The notes beneath the pieces are model-generated. The model was not told the DNA's origin. It saw nothing but the letters and a program-made list of their open reading frames with translations, and did not search any database. A stretch of DNA of 64,000 nucleotides from Candidatus Eiseniibacteriota bacterium (lineage in GTDB: Bacteria > Eisenbacteria > RBG-16-71-46 > SZUA-252): the NCBI GenBank assembly GCA_005893265.1, contig VBOX01000085.1:5017-69016 (forward strand), read 5' to 3'. Below are positions 62,363 through 64,000 of the stretch, one piece after another. Made by a program: the position numbers and the translations under genes. Each line of letters begins with the position of its first letter. Position 1 is the first letter of the stretch.

Positions 62363-63766
62363 ATGTCCCGCTCAACAACCCCGACCCGGCGACGCGGCGT
62401 AGATGCGCCGAGCGCCACAATCAACACCGAGGAGCCGCAGAACGATATGGAACAGCAAACCCAAACGCCGCCTACCCCAGCTCCAAGCAGCGCACCGCCG
62501 TTGCCCTCCCAGAAGGGCCTCGACATCATTCAGCTCAAGAGCAAGACCATTGCCGAGCTGATGGAGCTCGCGCACTCGCTGGGCATCCAGGGTACGAGCG
62601 GCCTCAGAAAACAAGAGCTGATCTTCAAGATCCTGGAGGGGCAGACCGAGAAAAACGGTCTCATCTTCGCGGAAGGGGTGTTGGAGATCCTCTCCGAGGG
62701 GTACGGGTTCCTCCGTTCCCCCGACTACAATTATTTGCCGGGCCCGGACGACATCTATGTGTCCCCGTCCCAGATCAAACGTTTCGATCTGAGGACCGGA
62801 GACACCGTCTCGGGTCAGGTCCGCCCGCCGAAGGACGGCGAGCGTTACTTCGCGCTTCTCCGGGTCGAGGCGGTCAACTTCGAGCCACCCGAGGCGGCGA
62901 AGGACAAGATTCTCTTCGACAACCTCACGCCGCTCTATCCTCAAGAAAAGCTCAGGCTTGAATCGAGAGCGGAGGATATGCCGACGCGGATCATGGACCT
63001 CCTGACGCCGATCGGAAAAGGGCAGCGCGGACTCATCGTGTCGCCCCCGCGCGCGGGGAAGACGGTCCTGCTGCAAAAAATCGCGAACTCGATCACGGAC
63101 AATCATCCCGAGGTGATGCTCATCGTGCTCCTGATCGACGAGCGCCCCGAGGAAGTCACCGACATGGAGCGATCGGTCAAAGGAGAGGTTGTCTCCTCGA
63201 CGTTTGACGAGCCCGCGGAGCGGCATGTGCAGGTGGCGGACATGGTCATCGAAAAGGCGAAGCGGCTCGTGGAGCACAACCGGGACGTCGTGATCCTTCT
63301 GGATTCGATCACTCGACTCGCGCGCGCCCACAACACCGTGGTGCCCCACTCGGGCAAGATCCTCTCGGGAGGCGTGGACGCGAACGCTCTTCAGAAGCCG
63401 AAGCGCTTCTTCGGGGCGGCCCGCAACATCGAGAACGGCGGGAGCCTCACGATCGTCGCGACGGCGCTCATCGAGACCGGGAGCCGCATGGACGACGTGA
63501 TCTTCGAGGAGTTCAAAGGCACCGGTAACATGGAGGTCGTGCTCGATCGCAAGCTCGCCGACAAGCGCATCTTCCCGGCCATCGACATCAACCGCTCGGG
63601 AACGCGCAAGGAAGAGCTCTTGATGAGCCAGGAGGAGTTGAACAAGGTCTGGATCCTCCGGAAATTCTTGAACGAACTCAACCCAGTCGAAGCCATGGAA
63701 TTCTTGATCGGCAAGATGAGCCAGACCAAGACGAACAAGAAATTCCTGGCGATGATGAACACGTAA
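62363..63766 (+). CDS. rho: Transcription termination factor Rho
   Basis: N-terminal extension, then CSD-like OB domain ([14 protein letters not shown]) and RecA-like ATPase (Walker A PPRAGKT, Q/R loops). 467 aa. Confidence 0.9.
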   Translation: MSRSTTPTRRRGVDAPSATINTEEPQNDMEQQTQTPPTPAPSSAPPLPSQKGLDIIQLKSKTIAELMELAHSLGIQGTSGLRKQELIFKILEGQTEKNGLIFAEGVLEILSEGYGFLRSPDYNYLPGPDDIYVSPSQIKRFDLRTGDTVSGQVRPPKDGERYFALLRVEAVNFEPPEAAKDKILFDNLTPLYPQEKLRLESRAEDMPTRIMDLLTPIGKGQRGLIVSPPRAGKTVLLQKIANSITDNHPEVMLIVLLIDERPEEVTDMERSVKGEVVSSTFDEPAERHVQVADMVIEKAKRLVEHNRDVVILLDSITRLARAHNTVVPHSGKILSGGVDANALQKPKRFFGAARNIENGGSLTIVATALIETGSRMDDVIFEEFKGTGNMEVVLDRKLADKRIFPAIDINRSGTRKEELLMSQEELNKVWILRKFLNELNPVEAMEFLIGKMSQTKTNKKFLAMMNT

Positions 63767-63780
63767 GAGGGAGCGGCGCC

Positions 63781-64000
63781 ATGAAACGAGGAGTTCACCC
63801 CGGCTACTACAACACCAAGATCGTCTGCGTCTGCGGCAACGTCATCGAGACGCGCGCGACCGTGAAGGACACCGTACACGTGGAAATCTGCTCGAACTGC
63901 CACCCGTTCTTCACGGGCAAGCAGAAGCTCGTGGATACCGCGGGCCGGATCGAGCGATTCCGCCGGAAATACGGGATCAAGGACAAGAACGCCGAGGCCG
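63781..64000 (+). CDS. rpmE: 50S ribosomal protein L31 (3' end runs to the window edge)
   Basis: [49 protein letters not shown]... is canonical zinc-binding L31. No stop before position 64000. Confidence 0.85.
   Translation, partial: MKRGVHPGYYNTKIVCVCGNVIETRATVKDTVHVEICSNCHPFFTGKQKLVDTAGRIERFRRKYGIKDKNAEA

Overview
The window is a GC-rich bacterial chromosomal segment with strong G/C bias at codon third positions and many 4-nt start/stop overlaps (ATGA/GTGA). About 60 genes are supported; the taxonomic source is not determinable from the sequence alone (an FCB-group/Gemmatimonadota-like organism is a weak guess). Housekeeping content includes xthA, a complete F1Fo ATP synthase operon (atpZ-I-B-E-F-H-A-G-D-C), tsaD, priA, rho, rpmE (3' partial), guaB, a minus-strand tilS-ftsH-folP-cdaA cluster with a tRNA(CAU) next to tilS, two cold-shock protein genes, a secreted S8 peptidase, a 5'-nucleotidase and an M16-like protein. 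Three regions deserve a second look. (1) 4.0-12.2 kb is a DNA-damage island: lexA preceded by a perfect palindrome TGCAC-N4-GTGCA, then an NTF2-like gene, a small AT-richer ORF, dinB and a DUF72 gene in apparent operon arrangement, followed by a DUF222/HNH endonuclease and a MrfA-like DEXH/DUF1998 helicase coupled to a MrfB-like DEDDh exonuclease. (2) 35.0-42.0 kb is a chemosensory-like operon (cheW, MCP, a CheA-like protein with a degenerate ATPase region) whose outputs are two GAF-HD-GYP proteins (one STAS-fused, one REC-fused) rather than a flagellar or GGDEF output. (3) 51.7-58.1 kb is a c-di-GMP-related cluster: REC-GGDDF, two tandem paralogous GAF-histidine kinase-GAF-HD-GYP fusion proteins, and a CheY-like regulator. 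Smaller observations are an apparent ~35-codon deletion plus frameshift in atpD, atpI reading in frame into atpB without a stop, several tandem repeats and hairpin terminators, and a 17-bp direct repeat flanking the NTF2-like gene. All calls are by-eye reads of the ORF translations and DNA; no searches were run.
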